Source of the DNA: Neocallimastix sp. 'constans'
Taxonomy: Eukaryota
Reading direction: 5' to 3'
Assembly (NCBI GenBank): GCA_050613775.1
Contig: JBODTK010000015.1
Location: 744,001-808,000 of the forward strand
Length of the DNA: 64,000 nt
The position numbers and the translations under genes are program-made. Below the pieces are notes generated by a model. It saw only the letters and a list, made by a program, of their open reading frames with translations, searched no databases and was not told where the DNA came from. Below, piece after piece: positions 42,333 to 60,029 of the stretch (position 1 is the stretch's first letter; each line of letters starts with the position of its first letter).

Positions 42333-44843
42333 TTACTTACAACTACCAAATTCAGATTGGCAACCACGGCTAATCTTACAGTAGTCATCAGACTTTCCAC
42401 AGTAACCATATTTACTACAACAGTATCCTTTTTTACAAATGGCAACACCTTTTCCACATTTATCAGTAGAATTGGTTGGTAAACTACTATTCTTCTTAGT
42501 AGTCTTAGTAGTTTTGGTCTTAGTAGTTTTGGTAGTTTTGGTAGTCTTAGTAGTTTTCTTGGTACTCTTCTTGGTACTTTTCTTAGTGGTCTTAGTAGTC
42601 TTAGTTTTAGTAGAGGATTTCTTAGTAGTATAAGAAGTCTTACAAAGAGATCTAAGTTCATTTGGAAGCTTTTGGCAGAAGTTAACTTCACTAGATGAAT
42701 CTTCAATTCTTAATTCTTTAAGATTCTTAAGACTCTTTAAAGAAGATAAATCAGTGGTTTCAATTACATTAACATCAATTTCTAACTTTTCAAGTTTAGT
42801 GAATCTTGCAATAATCTTAATATCGTCCTTATTTAAAGAGGTATTTCCATATACAGTTAAAGATTTTAATGAATCATTATTCTTGAAAAGTATTATGTCA
42901 TGTCTACTGTTAGCAATTAATTTTCTTAAGTTTTTAAGATTCTTTAAAGAAGATGCCTTTAAATCAGGAGAATAGTAATCACAATCGACAAATTCAATAG
43001 TTTCAAGACCAGTTAAAGTAGCTAAAGCATCAACACCATTTTGCTTTAAGGAGATTCTATGTAATTCAATTTTCTTAACTTTAGTAGATCCCTTAATAGA
43101 TACTAAATCATCATTACTATTAACAGTGACTGAAGTAGCAGTGGTCTTGGATTTAGTGGTTTTAGTAGAAGTCTTCTTAGTAGAAGTCTTCTTAGTAGTA
43201 GTCTTCTTAGTAGAAGTCTTTTTAGTGGATGCAGAGTCCTTTGGATAACAACTATTATATTTAAATAATTAATTATAATAAGCAAATAAATTAATGATAC
43301 ATTAATAAAATATTTAATAACCAATTCAATAAGTTAAAATAAGTTATTGACATAAATCATTACTTACATAGATTTAATTTCCTTTGGAACATAGTTACAT
43401 AAATTATCTTCACTTCTGTCATCGACAAGTTTGCTAAAATTTTAAATAAATAAAATTATTAAAATATTAATATATTGTAATAAAATACATGTTATTCATA
43501 ATTTTAAATATTTATATATAAATAGAAAATAAAATTTTTATTTTTTAATTACAATTCTTTAAGATGCTTAAGATTCTTTAAGTAAGATAAATCTTTAGTA
43601 CTAACTTCACGAACGTCAATTTTTCTAAATTGTTTATTTAAATTTTTAAAAAAAATATATTAATATATTAAAATAGATTTTTTAATATGGTAAATATATT
43701 CCTATAAATAATTCAATTATTAAATTATCAATTTAATTACAATTTTTCAAGTTCAGTGAATTTAGAAATAATTTTAATATCTTCTTTGTCAACGGATGTG
43801 TTTCCAATTATTTCTCTTTTAGATTATAATTAATTATAATTATTATATTTGATTATATAAAAATCATTTAAATATTAATAATTATAATATTATTCATATT
43901 AGTTTTATTTATATTTTAATGATTAAATATGAATAAAAAAATTTTTTAAATAATTTTTTCATATAATAGAGTTTGAATTTACTTACAAAGTCTTTAAGTT
44001 CTTAGCATATTTAAAAGCGGGTAATTCACTTCTAACAGATCTTTATATATTATTATATTTTAATTATAAAAAATAGTTAGTTATTTATAAAAATAAATAT
44101 ATTTAAAAAAAATAATAAAATTATATTTATAAATTATTATTTTTCAATTAACTCTATATTAAAAAATAAATAAAAATAAAAAAATAATAATAATAATAAA
44201 AATATTATTATTTATTCAAAAATTTTAATAAAAAATAATTACAAATATGTTAATTTAGAAAAGTCCTTGAAGTAAGATGAGTCTAATACATCAACATATT
44301 CACATCCATCTAATTCACTATTATTAAGAATATAAAAAATGGAAAAAAAATAAATTTATAAATTTATAAAGTTAATGAATATATTTTTATAAAACAATAT
44401 TTAATAATTAATAATATTATAATAATAATAATAATAATTACATTTTTTGGGCTTGAGTGAATTTAGAAATGACTTTAGCATCATCCTTATTGATAATAAC
44501 GTGAGTTAATTTACTAGTGAATTATTTGAATTAAAATATATATATATATATATTGTTTTATAAAATTATAAATAAAATTTTAGTGTTTATAAAATTTAAT
44601 AGAGTTCAATTTAATATATATGTAGATAATTAAATTTTTATTGATAATAAATAAAATTATATATATATTAATAATTAATAATATATTTAATTATTACAAT
44701 TCAGTGACTTTTCCGTTGCTGTCACATTTGAAACTAATGCTTCCAGTATCTAAGCTTTTACCGTATTTCTTCGCATCATCACATTGTGATGCTAAAGCAC
44801 CAAGAGTAAGAAAAGAATATACTAAAGTTCTAATAAATTTCAT
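42333..44843 (-). CDS. Secreted LRR / Thr-Lys linker / CBM18 chitin-binding protein, copy A (8 exons, ~492 aa)
   Basis: Collinear with copy C. Signal peptide MKFIRTLVYSFLTLGALA, GT-AG introns, C-terminal CGKGVAICKKGYCCSKYGYCGKSDDYC hevein/CBM18 motif. Confidence 0.88.
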
Positions 44844-47059
44844 TTTTACTTTCTTTTTTATATTAGTTTTATTAAAGAATTGATATTTTTTTATGGAAAA
44901 ATGAAATACGGAAAGAGATATCTATTTATATTCGAAAAAAAAATAAAAACAAAATAAAAATAATATAAAATTAAATGAAAACTAAATAAAATAAAAATTT
45001 AATAATTAAAATTTAGAATATTCTAATATATATATAAACAATAAATTAATAAATTTAAATCTTAAATAATTAGCTAAAATTATAGAATATTCTTATTAAT
45101 ATATTATACAAAAATAATAAATAATAAAATAATAAAATAAAATCTTAAGCAATTTGCAAAAAATATAGAATATTCTAATATTTTATTATATCAAAAAATT
45201 TTAAAAAAAAATTAAAATTTAATTAAGATGATATTGTAAAAAATAATATTTTTATTATATAAAAATAAGAATTGTTTATTAATATAAAATTATGCATTTT
45301 AATAACACTGTGCCTTGTTATTTTTATTGGTCATGTATCTTAACACAGATTTATTAAATAATAATTCGTTTCTACTCTTAACTATTATCTTTATACTAAT
45401 TTATAATGAAGTTTTCTACTCTTAACTTTTTGAAAGAAACAATTATTTATTTTTAATATTTATTTTTATTTATTAATTAATAATAATTAATTATCAACTT
45501 AACAATTGAAAGAAGCGGTTATTTATTGTTAATAATTTATTTAATAATAATTAATTATCAACTTAACTATTTTACATTAATACTAATTAATAATAAATTT
45601 TTCATATAGTATAAAATTTGGTAAATATCTATACATAATAAAATGTTATAAAATATTATAAATATTACTAATAAAATGAAACTTACTTAAAATAATAAAT
45701 TATTGATAATACACAATGAATATCATATTTTTATGATATCATTAATATAATTATAAAATTTTAAAAATTATGGTTCAAACAGTTGTAATGAAAATAGAAA
45801 CTTTATTTATTAATAAATTATTATGTTATTCATATATTCATATATAAAAATAAATTAATAAACCATTCAATTAATTATTCGATTAATTATCAATATGATT
45901 TATAGTGTAATTTGTGGAGTAATATATTTGTATATTTAATAATAATTTTTAAATAATGAAATTTATATCTTTTCATGAGTTGAATGAAAATGTTGAGGTT
46001 TTTTAAAGTTTTAAAACCAATATACATTTTATACCAAATATATGCTAAAAAAAATAATAATTTTTATAATAATTTCTTATTTGAATTATATATTAAAATA
46101 TATTCGATAATATATTAATTAAAATATATTTTTATATATATTAATAATAATTTAATATATTTAACTTTAATAATTGTATTATAATTAATAGTTATTATAT
46201 ATTATATTGTATATTATAATGTAATTAAATGTATTTATCATTGATATTAATAGTTTTTTTATTAATTATATTATTATTTTATATTTAGTTTATTATTAAA
46301 ACTAATAATATTTTGATGTAAAAATAATCCTTAGTAAATAGGATCATTCACGTCATTATTAAACGGTGGTTAATTTAGTTGAGTGTGAGGCATTTCGAAA
46401 GATTTTTTTAAAGTTAATAAATAAATAAATAAATTAATAATAAAACAAATAAATTATATATATAATTTAAATAAAAAACTAAACAAATAAATAATAAATA
46501 AACAAATAAATAATAAATAAATAAATAAATAATAAATAAATTATAAAATAAATTTTTAAAAAAATATATATATACATATAATTAATTAATATAATAAATC
46601 ATTAGACTTTAAGCATTAAATAACAAAATATTTTATTACTCGTTTTAAACGTTTATAATTTTTCAAAATATAGATATAATATAAATTTAAGCATTAAAAA
46701 ATAAAATATTTATGTTTTAAAAGTTTTATAATTTTTCAAAATATATATAATTAATAATAATTATATATATATTAGGTATTAAATTCAAATGATGTATAAA
46801 GAAAATAACTTAAGATATAATTATTAAAATAAAAAAATAATATTTAAATAATTATTTGATCATTTTTTACACCTTTTAAAATTCTTTCTTAGTATTTTAT
46901 AAAATCTTAAATGTTTATAAAAATATTTTAATATTTAATTAATATCAATAAATAAATATTTTTAATAAAAGAAATATAAAAAAATTATTTATATATTTGA
47001 AAAACACAATATATCAATAAAATTATTAAATAATTAATAAATAAAAAAAATAAAATAAA

Positions 47060-47098
<39 letters not shown>

Positions 47099-47105
47099 AA
47101 ATGGT

Positions 47106-47600
47106 TTATGATAGAATTTTATATGAAATTGGTTTTTGAGAATTAAGATTAGGAATATTGGGAGCATTGAGTTCATGGTTAGCATTTATAACATTTATTA
47201 AATTAATAGAACAGAGATTTGCTGAGTTTATAATTTTGTATGAGTTATTTGATATTAGATTTGGCTTTAAATGCTGAAAAGAAACCTTATGATTCCATTT
47301 GGAATATCTACGATATGAAATTTTAACTCCTGATATTGTTTTTTCAAATACTTCTTCAAATTTTTCGTGGTTGAAATTTAGAGTGTATACTTTTATCCTG
47401 AAGAAACTATCATTGAATTTAGTAATTCTTTTTACTGACAAAATATTATCTTTGAATATTTTGAATCTAGAATGAATAAATTCCTTCATTTTAGCATTGG
47501 TCAATGAGTGTATACTACGGATAAAAATCAACCTTGTGTTGTTAATAGATGTTCCATAACAACGAGAACCCGGTGAAATATCTTTTCCATAATTGACTAT
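47106..47600 (-). other. Isolated 141+ aa open frame, possibly a retroelement ORF1/N-terminal relic
   Basis: Protein-like composition; the frame continues upstream of the TTG start and runs into a poly-T tract. No recognisable motif. Confidence 0.3.
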
Positions 47601-47899
47601 TAATTACCAATAATAAAAATGAAACTAATATAAACTAAAATAATAAAAACTAAGAAATATAAATAAAAATAAAAATAATATAAAAAATAAAATTATAAAA
47701 ATTAAAAAAAATAAAAAATAATTAAAATAATATGAAGATTTTTCTTTGTTCTTTGTTGGTAACCGATAGATTGTTAAGTAAAATAAACCACTTGTATATT
47801 CTGTTAAAACGAATAATCTTTTCTTTTTATTTTTTAAATAATTGTTTTTCTTTTCAATTAATAAATCTCTTTAAAACGTAAAAATTTTCCGTTTAATTG

Positions 47900-48790
47900 A
47901 CATATATTAGCTAAAATGTAGATGTAAATAAAATGTTAGTAGTGAAAGACTATAAAAAGATTCCCATCCATTAAATAATGTTTTAATCACAAACTTTAGA
48001 GTGAATCAATATCCTATATTTCCATTTTTCAATAGCTACATGATAGTTTAAATAATACTATAGAAAAATACATATGCAAAATAATGCTAAAATAAAAAAA
48101 TAAAATAGATTCATTACAATGATAATATGTAGAAACAACATGATATTATTAATTCCAATGTTACTATATATCTAGTTTAAAGCAAAATAAAACATCAGGT
48201 TCACTTTCTACAGTCTTCCAGTATTCTAATTTTCTCTCTTCGTACTAGAAGCCACTTTAGAAAGGATAACCATCGATTATCATCAGAATCACAGAAAGCT
48301 GTAATTAGTACATCTGATATAGATTATTCCTTTTCCATCAACCCTCCATGGACCTGGAAAAATAATTAATATCATTGGTTTATAGATTTGAAGTTATGGT
48401 AATTCGTACCTTTAATTCAATGAAATTTACTAACATCAGACCAATATGATTCAATAACATCTTTGAATTTAATGATATCCATCATCGAAAATAATTTGAA
48501 TTTATCGTAGTGTTCTTGCTAGAGAAGGTATTGGAGGACTAGAGGCTATTGGAATTGCGATTAATCAATATATTATTCCTCTATTTACTCCAAGAGCCAT
48601 TGGTACATCAGATTTTATCGAAGAATTTCGTTCCAAGGATTCCGGAAAAATATATAATGGGATTTCCATATTGCAATTTCTACCTTATTTGAAAATCACA
48701 AGAAATGATTTGATTTTTAAATAAAAAAGACATAGACCTGGAAAATAATTCAGAATAAATGATATGGAGGTGAGGTTCGCTACATAATTA
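47900..48790 (+). repeat. Dispersed repeat of unknown class, probably a TE relic; inverted copy at about 53672-54440 and diverged partial copy at about 41330-41630
   Basis: gatttccatattgcaatttctaccttatttgaa (48661) is the reverse complement of the sequence at about 53675-53707, and similarity continues for about 750 bp. Confidence 0.8.
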
Positions 48791-49492
48791 ATAAATAAAT
48801 AAATAAATAAAGATTAAAGCTTTTAATAATTACGGTTTTATAATAAAAAATAAATTTAAGAAATCCTTTTATGAAATAAAGTGTGCTTTTTTTAATATTA
48901 ATACATAATATTAATTAAAAAATTGAAAAAATTTATAAATAATTTTTTTTTTTTAATTTTTATTTATTTATTTATTTTTTATTAAAATATTTTAACGAAT
49001 AATTTAAATTTTATAAATATATTGATATAATTTCAAATTATTCTCTTTTAAAATAATAAAATATTATACAAATTATATTACTTTTTTTATTTTTAATTTT
49101 ATGAATGATTAAAATAATTATATTTAATATTTATGGATTTAATATATAATATATATCTATATTTTATAATTTATAAATTTTTTTTTAAATTATTAATAAT
49201 GAGTAGTTATATCTAAAATTTTAATATTTATATATATATATATATATATATATAACTCTAGTTTAATAATATTAATTTTGATTTCTTACTATATAAATAT
49301 AAATTAAAACTTTCTAATATTTATATATTAAGATTGCTTTAAGTAATTCTTTTCTTTCTTTTTGAATTTAAACTTTTTTTATTTTAAATGTGTATTTATA
49401 TTTTTTAATTTTTTATTTTTTTTAAAAAAAATTTCAAGCATTCGACCTTTTTTCATTTGCTTTTTTTTTTTGTGTGTATGACCAGTATTTAT

Positions 49493-52050
49493 TTACTTAC
49501 AACTACCAAATTCAGATTGGCAACCACGGCTAATCTTACAGTAGTCATCAGACTTTCCACAGTAACCATATTTACTACAACAGTATCCTTTTTTACAAAT
49601 GGCAACACCTTTTCCACATTTATCAGTAGAATTGGTTGGTAAACTACTATTCTTCTTAGTAGTCTTAGTAGTTTTGGTCTTAGTAGTTTTGGTAGTTTTG
49701 GTAGTCTTAGTAGTTTTCTTGGTACTCTTCTTGGTACTTTTCTTAGTGGTCTTAGTAGTCTTAGTTTTAGTAGAGGATTTCTTAGTAGTATAAGAAGTCT
49801 TACAAAGAGATCTAAGTTCATTTGGAAGCTTTTGGCAGAAATTAACTTCACTAGATGAATCTTCAATTCTTAATTCTTTAAGATTCTTAAGACTCTTTAA
49901 AGAAGATAAATCAGTGGTTTCAATTACAATAACATCAATTTCTAACTTTTCAAGTTTAGTGAATCTTGCAATAATCTTAATGTCGTCCTTATTTAAAGAG
50001 GTATTTCCATATACAGTTAAAGACTTTAATGAATCATTATTCTTGAAAAGTATTATGTCATGTCTACTGTTAGCAATTAATTTTCTTAAGTTTTTAAGAT
50101 TCTTTAAAGAAGATGCCTTTAAATCAGGAGAATAGTAATCACAATCGACAAATTCAATAGTTTCAAGACCAGTTAAAGAAGCTAAAGCATCAACACCATT
50201 TTGCTTTAAGGAAATTCTATGTAATTCAATTTTCTTAACTTTAGTAGATCCCTTAATAGATACTAAATCATCATTACTATTAACAGTGACTGAAGTAGCA
50301 GTGGTCTTGGATTTAGTGGTTTTAGTAGTAGTCTTTTTAGTAGTAGTCTTCTTAGTAGTAGTCTTCTTAGTAGTAGTCTTCTTAGTAGTAGTCTTCTTAG
50401 TAGTAGTCTTTTTAGTGGAAGCAGAGTCCTTTGGATAACAACTATTATATTTAAATAATTAATTATAATTGAACAAACAATTTAATGATACATTAATAAA
50501 ATATTTAATAACCAATTCAATAAGTTAAAATAAGTTATTGACATAAATCATTACTTACATAGATTTAATTTCCTTTGGAACATAATTACATAAATTATCT
50601 TCACTTCTGTCATCGACAAGTTTGCTAAAATTTTAAAGAAATAAAATTATCAAAATATTAATATATTGTAATAATATATATGCTACTCATAATTTTAAAT
50701 ATAAATAGAAAATAAAAATTATTTTATTTCTTAATTACAATTCTTTAAGATGCTTAAGATTCTTTAAGTAAGATAAATCTTTAGTACTAACTTCACGAAC
50801 GTCAATTTTTCTAAATTATTTATTTAAAAATTTTAAAAAAAATATATTAATATATTAGAATAGATTTTTTAATATGGTAAATATATTCCTATAAATAATT
50901 CATTTATTAAATTATCAATTTAATTACAATTTTTCAAGTTCAGTGAATTTAGAAATAATTTTAATATCTTCTTTGTCAACGGATGTGTTTCCAATTATTT
51001 TTCTTTTAGATTATAATTAATTATAATTATTATATTTAATTATATAAAAATCATTTTAATATTAATAATTATAATAATATTCATATTAGTTTTATTTATA
51101 TTTTAATGATTAAATATAAATTAAAAAATTTTTTAAATAATTTTTTCATATCATAGAGTTTGAATTTACTTACAAAGTCTTTAAGTTCTTAGCATATTTA
51201 AAAGCAGGTAATTCACTTCTAACAGATCTTTATATATTATTAAATTTTAATTATAAAAAATAGTTAGTTATTTATAAAAATAAATATTTTTAAAAAAAAT
51301 AATAAATTTATATTTATAAATTATTATTTTTCATTTTTCAATTAACTCTGTATTCAAAAAAAAAAAATAATAATAATAATAAATAATAATAAAAAAATAT
51401 ATATATTATTATTTATTCAAAAATTTTAATAAAAAATAATTACAAATATGTTAATTTAGAAAAGTCCTTGAAGTAAGATGAGTCTAATACATCAACATAT
51501 TCACATCCATCTAATTCACTATTATTAAGAAAATAAAAAATGAGAAATAAATAAAAAAATAAATTTATAAAGTTAATGAATATATTTTTATAAAACAATA
51601 TTTAATAATTAATAATATTATAATAATAATAATAATAATAATAATTACATTTTTTGGGCTTGAGTGAATTTAGAAATGACTTTAGCATCATCCTTATTGA
51701 TAATAACGTGAGTTAATTTACTAGTGAATTATTTGAATTAAAATATATATATATATATATTGTTTTATAAAATTATAAATAAAATTTTAGTGTTTATAAA
51801 ATTTAATAGAGTTCAATTTAATATATATGTAGATAATTAAATTTTTATTGATAATAAATAAAATTATATATATATTAATAATTAATAATATATTTAATTA
51901 TTACAATTCAGTGACTTTTCCGTTGCTGTCACATTTGTAATTAATGCTTCCAGTATCTAAGTTTTTACCATATTTCTTAGCATCATCACATTGTGATGCT
52001 AAAGCACCAAGAGTAAGAAAAGAATATACTAAAGTTCTAATAAATTTCAT
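49493..52050 (-). CDS. Secreted LRR / Thr-Lys linker / CBM18 protein, copy B (8 exons, ~502 aa)
   Basis: Same exon structure as copies A and C; exon 1 is visible within ORF 51901-52161 (MKFIRTLVYS...KVTEL). Confidence 0.88.
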
Positions 52051-53169
52051 TTTTACTTTCTTTTTTATATTAGTTTTATTAAAGAATTGATATTTTTTTT
52101 GTAGAAAAATGAAATACGGAAAGAGATATCTATTTATATTCGAAAAAAAAAATAAAAACAAAATAAAATTAATATAAAATTAAATGAAAACTAAATAAAA
52201 ATATTTAAAAAAAAAAAAAATAAAATAAAAATTTAATAATTAAAATTTAGAATATTCTAATATATATGAGTAAATTAAAATCTTAAATAATTCGCTAAAA
52301 TTATAGAATATTCTAATATTTTTATTACTTAATAAAAATTGATAATAAATCAAAAAATATAAAAGATAACAATAACATAAAAATTAAATTAAGATGTTAT
52401 TATATAAAAATAAGAATTGTTTATTAATATAAAATTATTCATTTTTATAGTATTTAGAGTTAACATAATATTATAATATTGTGTCTTGTTTTTTTTATTG
52501 GTCATATATCTTTAAACATTAAATTAATATAATAACTCAAGTTCTAGGTACTACTGTAAGGGAATTATTTATTAAATTAAATAAAGTATTATTTATTTAT
52601 TTATTTATTTATTTAATTTTATTATTATGATTACATATTTATTCAAGTAAAATATATATACTTGACTACCCATTAAAAAAACTATCTAACAACTTTCTTA
52701 CACATTTTTCTTAATTCAAAGAAATGCTTTATTTTTATGTTATTTAGTTATAATTAACTATTTAATTAGTTGTTCTTGTGATTAAATTAAAATATTTAGA
52801 GAATTTTTATGTTTAAGTATTATAAATATTAATAATTATTATTTAAGGAAATATTTAATAACTATATAAATATAAATATAAATATAAATAATAAGAATAG
52901 AATATAATTAAAACATTGATTTATGCTATAAAATTTATTATTAATTATTATATATATAGAAATCAAGCCACATTTTTAAATTATTATAAAATCTTAAGAT
53001 TTAAATTTGATTTATGGCATTAATTTATGTTGAATAATAAAAACTATTTTATATTAATTAAGGTTTGAATACTTCATTTTCATATACAACTATAATATTT
53101 ATTTTTATATATTTATATATTTATATATTTATATTAAAAAAACAAGTGAAATAAAAAAGGTTTTATTGG

Positions 53170-53540
53170 GAAACAGAATCATCTTTCTTCCTATGACTCT
53201 ATTTCTGATTTTGATGATTATATTAATCATTATATATACTTGTTCCTTCTTGGTGGAACTTTAGTTTTAAATGAGTTACATTTCGATAGTAATGAACAGA
53301 GACAATTAAATGAACTACTTTTCAAAGGTTCATCTGAGTCACCTGTTCCAAAAATTGTGGGCTTAGCGGATTTCTTAACTAACGCAATACCTATCATAAG
53401 TAGTTCGTTTGAGCTATTATTTGATAGGTATTCCAAAATACCAAACTTAACCAAGAGCGTCGACGTCATAATGAGGAGGCATAATGATAATACAGGATCA
53501 TCATCTATTTCTGCGAAGGGTGAATCTCGCCTTAGTAGTT
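53170..53540 (+). mobile_element. Probable 3' end of a LINE-like ORF
   Basis: YLFLLGG...GLADFLTNAIPIISS...KSVDV. Shares ttccttcttggtggaa with the array units and gagcgtcgacg with the 12114 insertion; small hairpin near 53512-53539. Confidence 0.5.
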
Positions 53541-53671
53541 TTTTTATCTTTTATTTTTTTTTTTAACTTTATTTTTATTTTTAATTTCAAATGTACGTTT
53601 TACCTACATGTATTTTTTATAATAAAATTAATAAAATTATGGAAGTGTATTCTGTTCCCTATCTAAAAAAA

Positions 53672-54440
53672 AATTCAAATAAGGTAGAAATTGCAATATG
53701 GAAATCCCATTATATATCTTTCCGGAATCCTTGGAACGAAATTCTTCGATAAAATCTAATGTACCAATAGCTCTAGGAGTAAATAGAGGAATAATATATT
53801 GATTAATCGCATTTCCAACAGCCTCTTGTCCTCTAATACCTTCTCTAGCAAGAACATTACGATAAATTCAAATTATTTTCGATGGTGGATATCATTAAAT
53901 TCAAAGATGTTATTGAATCATATTGGTCTGATATTGGTAAATTCCATTAAATTAAAGGTACGAATTACCATAACTTCAAATCTATAAACCCAATGATATG
54001 GATTATATTTCCAGGTCCATGGAGGGTTGATGGAAAAGGAATAATCTATATCAGGTGTACTAATTACAGCTTTCTGTGATTCTGATGATAATCGATGATT
54101 ATCCTTTCTAAAGTGGCTTCTAGTACGAAGAGAGAAAATTAGAATACTGGAAGACTGTAGAAGTGAACCTGATTTTTTATATTGTTTTAAACTGGATATA
54201 TAATAACATTGGAATTGTATAATTAATAATTTCATGTAGTTTCTACATATTATTATTGAAATGAATCTATTACATTTTTTAACTTTAACATTATTTTGAA
54301 TATGTATTTTTCTATATTATTATGTAAACTCATGTAACTATTGTAAAATGAAAATGTAGGAGATTGATTCACTCCAAAACTTTTATTTAAGACTTTATTT
54401 AATGTATGGAAATTTTTTTATAGTTTTTCAATTCTAACTT
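53672..54440 (-). repeat. Inverted copy of the 47900-48690 dispersed repeat
   Basis: Direct reverse-complement match; explains the spurious ORFs at 53799 and 53918. Confidence 0.8.
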
Positions 54441-55646
54441 TTTATTTACCTATATTTGATATAGAATACAAATAAAAACTCTAATTAATATAAATATTAA
54501 TTTTTTATAAACACATAAATATATCAAAAAATTATGTTTAAAAAAAAAATTGTAAATTGATAAATATTATTAAAAACACTTTATTTATTAATTTTATATT
54601 AAAGAAATCTCCTACATAATATTTTTACAATTATACATTTATATTTTTATTTATAATAATTTTACATTGATTCATATGATACATATCACAAAATGACATA
54701 CGCCACAATATACATAAATTTATTTTATATATATCTAGATTTATTTACACTTTATTTTATATTTATTTATTTATCATTTATTAAATATTTATTAATTATA
54801 TATAACTTATTTCTAACAAAAAACATATTGTAATTGCGGCCAGTAAAAAATCATTAGAATAAATAAGAAATTAGTGATATCATAAAAATTTGAAATTAAT
54901 TATATATTATTAATAATTTATTATATTAAATAACTTTTATTTTATTACTAATATTTATTATATTTTATAATATTTTATTATGTGTAAATATTTTATTAAA
55001 ACTTTTATTTTATTATATGAAAACTTTATTATAAATTAGTATTAAATGTAAAATATTTTATGTTATTTAATAGTTAAGTTGATAATTAATTATTATTAAT
55101 TAATAAATAAAAATAAGTATTAAAAATAAATAATCGCTTCTTTCAAAAGGTTAAGAGTAGAATCAATTTATATTATTTTTTAATAAATCTGTGTTAAGAT
55201 ATAATAAGATATAAGACACAATATTATATTAACTCTAAATACTATAAAAATGAAAAATTTTATATTAATAAACAATTCTTATTTTTAACAATAACACATC
55301 TTAATTTAATTTTTATGTTATTGTTATCATTTATATTTTTTGATTTATTGTCAATTTTTATAAAGTAATAAAAATATTAGAATATTCTATAATTTTAGCG
55401 AATTATTTAAGATTTTAATTTATTCATAAATATTAGAATATTCTAAATTTTAATTATTAAATTTTTATTTTATTTTTCTTTTTTTTTTTAAATATTTTTA
55501 TTTAGTTTTCATTTAATTTTATATTATTTTTATTTTGTTTTTATTTTTTTTTCGAATATAAATAGATATCTCTTTCCGTATTTCATTTTTCTACAAAAAA
55601 AAATATCAATTCTTTAATAAAACTAATATAAAAAAGAAAATAAAAA

Positions 55647-58309
<2,663 letters not shown>

Positions 58310-58791
58310 ATAAATACTGGTCATACACACAAAAAAAAAAAGCAAATGAAAAAAGGTCGAATGCTTGAAATTTTTTTTTAAAAAAAATAAAAAATTAAAA
58401 AATATAAATACACATTTAAAATAAAAAAAAAAGCATAAATTCAAAAAGAAAGAAAAGAATTACTTAAAGCAATCTTAATATATAAATATTAGAAAGTTTT
58501 AATTTATATTGATATAGTAAAAAATCAAAATTAATATTATTAAACTAGAGTTATATATATATATATAAATATTAAAATTTTAGATATAACTACTCATTAT
58601 TAATAATTTAAAAAAAAAATTATAAATTATAAAATATAGATATATATTATATATTAAGTCCATAAATATTAAATACAATTATTTTAATCAATTATAAAAT
58701 TAATATAATTTGTATAATACTTCATTACTTTAAAAGAGAATAATTTGATATATTTATAAAATTTAAATTATTCATTAAAATATTTTAATAA

Positions 58792-58826
<35 letters not shown>

Positions 58827-58874
58827 AATAGTATTTATTAATAAAAAAATTGATAAATAAATATCTTTAATTTT

Positions 58875-58927
<53 letters not shown>

Positions 58928-59189
58928 GTATAATGTATTAAATTAAGAAAAGCACTTTATTTCTTAATACCATAAAAGGATTTCTTAATTTTTTTTCTAT
59001 ATATGTATATATACAGCTGCAATTATTGCGAACTTTAATTAATAAAAAAATTAATAAAAAAAATTAAAATAAATAAAACTATAATATATAAATTTAAAAA
59101 TAAATTTTATATATATAATAATTTTATATATATAATAAATTAATAATAATAAATATATATTAGAATTTAAACATTGAAAAATAAAATCA

Positions 59190-59425
59190 AATAAAGAGAG
59201 AACAAATAATACTCAGAAATTAATTAATAAATGATTAAAATGGATTGCAGGTTTACAAAAAGCCAAATCTTTTATTAATGTATATTCTATTTCAAAAGAT
59301 TTAAATATTCCATTGTCAGCTGAGTGTGCTTTATCTCAATTCAAATGTTTTGAAAAATGGAAAGATTCAAATTGTATTATTTCCTATTTAGTTAATAATA
59401 TTCCAAAATCTAGAAAATATACAGA
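59190..59425 (+). mobile_element. Probable LINE-like post-RT fragment
   Basis: Open peptide LKWIAGLQKAKSFINVYSISKDLNIPLSAECALSQFKCFEKWKDSNCIISYLVNNIPKSRKY. A nearby aaaagcactttatt...ataaaaggatttctt (about 58950) matches the RKTLYSIKGFL region of the array LINE fragment. Confidence 0.5.
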
Positions 59426-60029
59426 TTGTATTATAAATTCATTCTATATAATACAAAAAATATATTTTTATTTATATTTATATATTAAATAATTAAAATA
59501 AATATAATAAAAAGAAATAAAATTTAAAAAAAATATTCAATCAATTAAAAGAGATCTATGTCCGAAATAAATTATATATATATATATAATTTTTATAATT
59601 AATTTCATTATATTTAAAAAATTTTATATAAAAATAAAATCTAACTATCAGAAAAAAAAAATTCTTTCTTTTTTGAAATTTTGAAATTTACAATTATAAC
59701 TTTATAAAATTAATTATTAAAGTTTTTCTTTTAAAAAAAAATTAAATTTAAAAATAGAATATTAACCCACTTTTTATTTTTATATTTATTTTAATTCTTT
59801 TCTTTTTATTTTTAAAAATAAATTTTAAAATCTATTTATTAAATAATAAATAAATAATATATTTATATATATAAAAATTAAAAATGATAAAAAAAAAGTT
59901 CATAATTTTAATAATATTTTATTTATTAATTTTATTAATTTTTAAATTTATTCAATTTTGTTTTTAATAAAACTTTATTATATAAAAATTTTTTATTTAT
60001 GATTATATAATTTAACTGTTTTATTCTCT

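Noticed and set aside
42329..42975. Track ORFs MKIHLVKL... (125 aa), MATPFPH... and MVSIT..., with their copies at 49.5-50.1 and 57.7-58.4 kb
   Set aside because: Wrong-frame or antisense readings of the last exon of the LRR-CBM18 genes.
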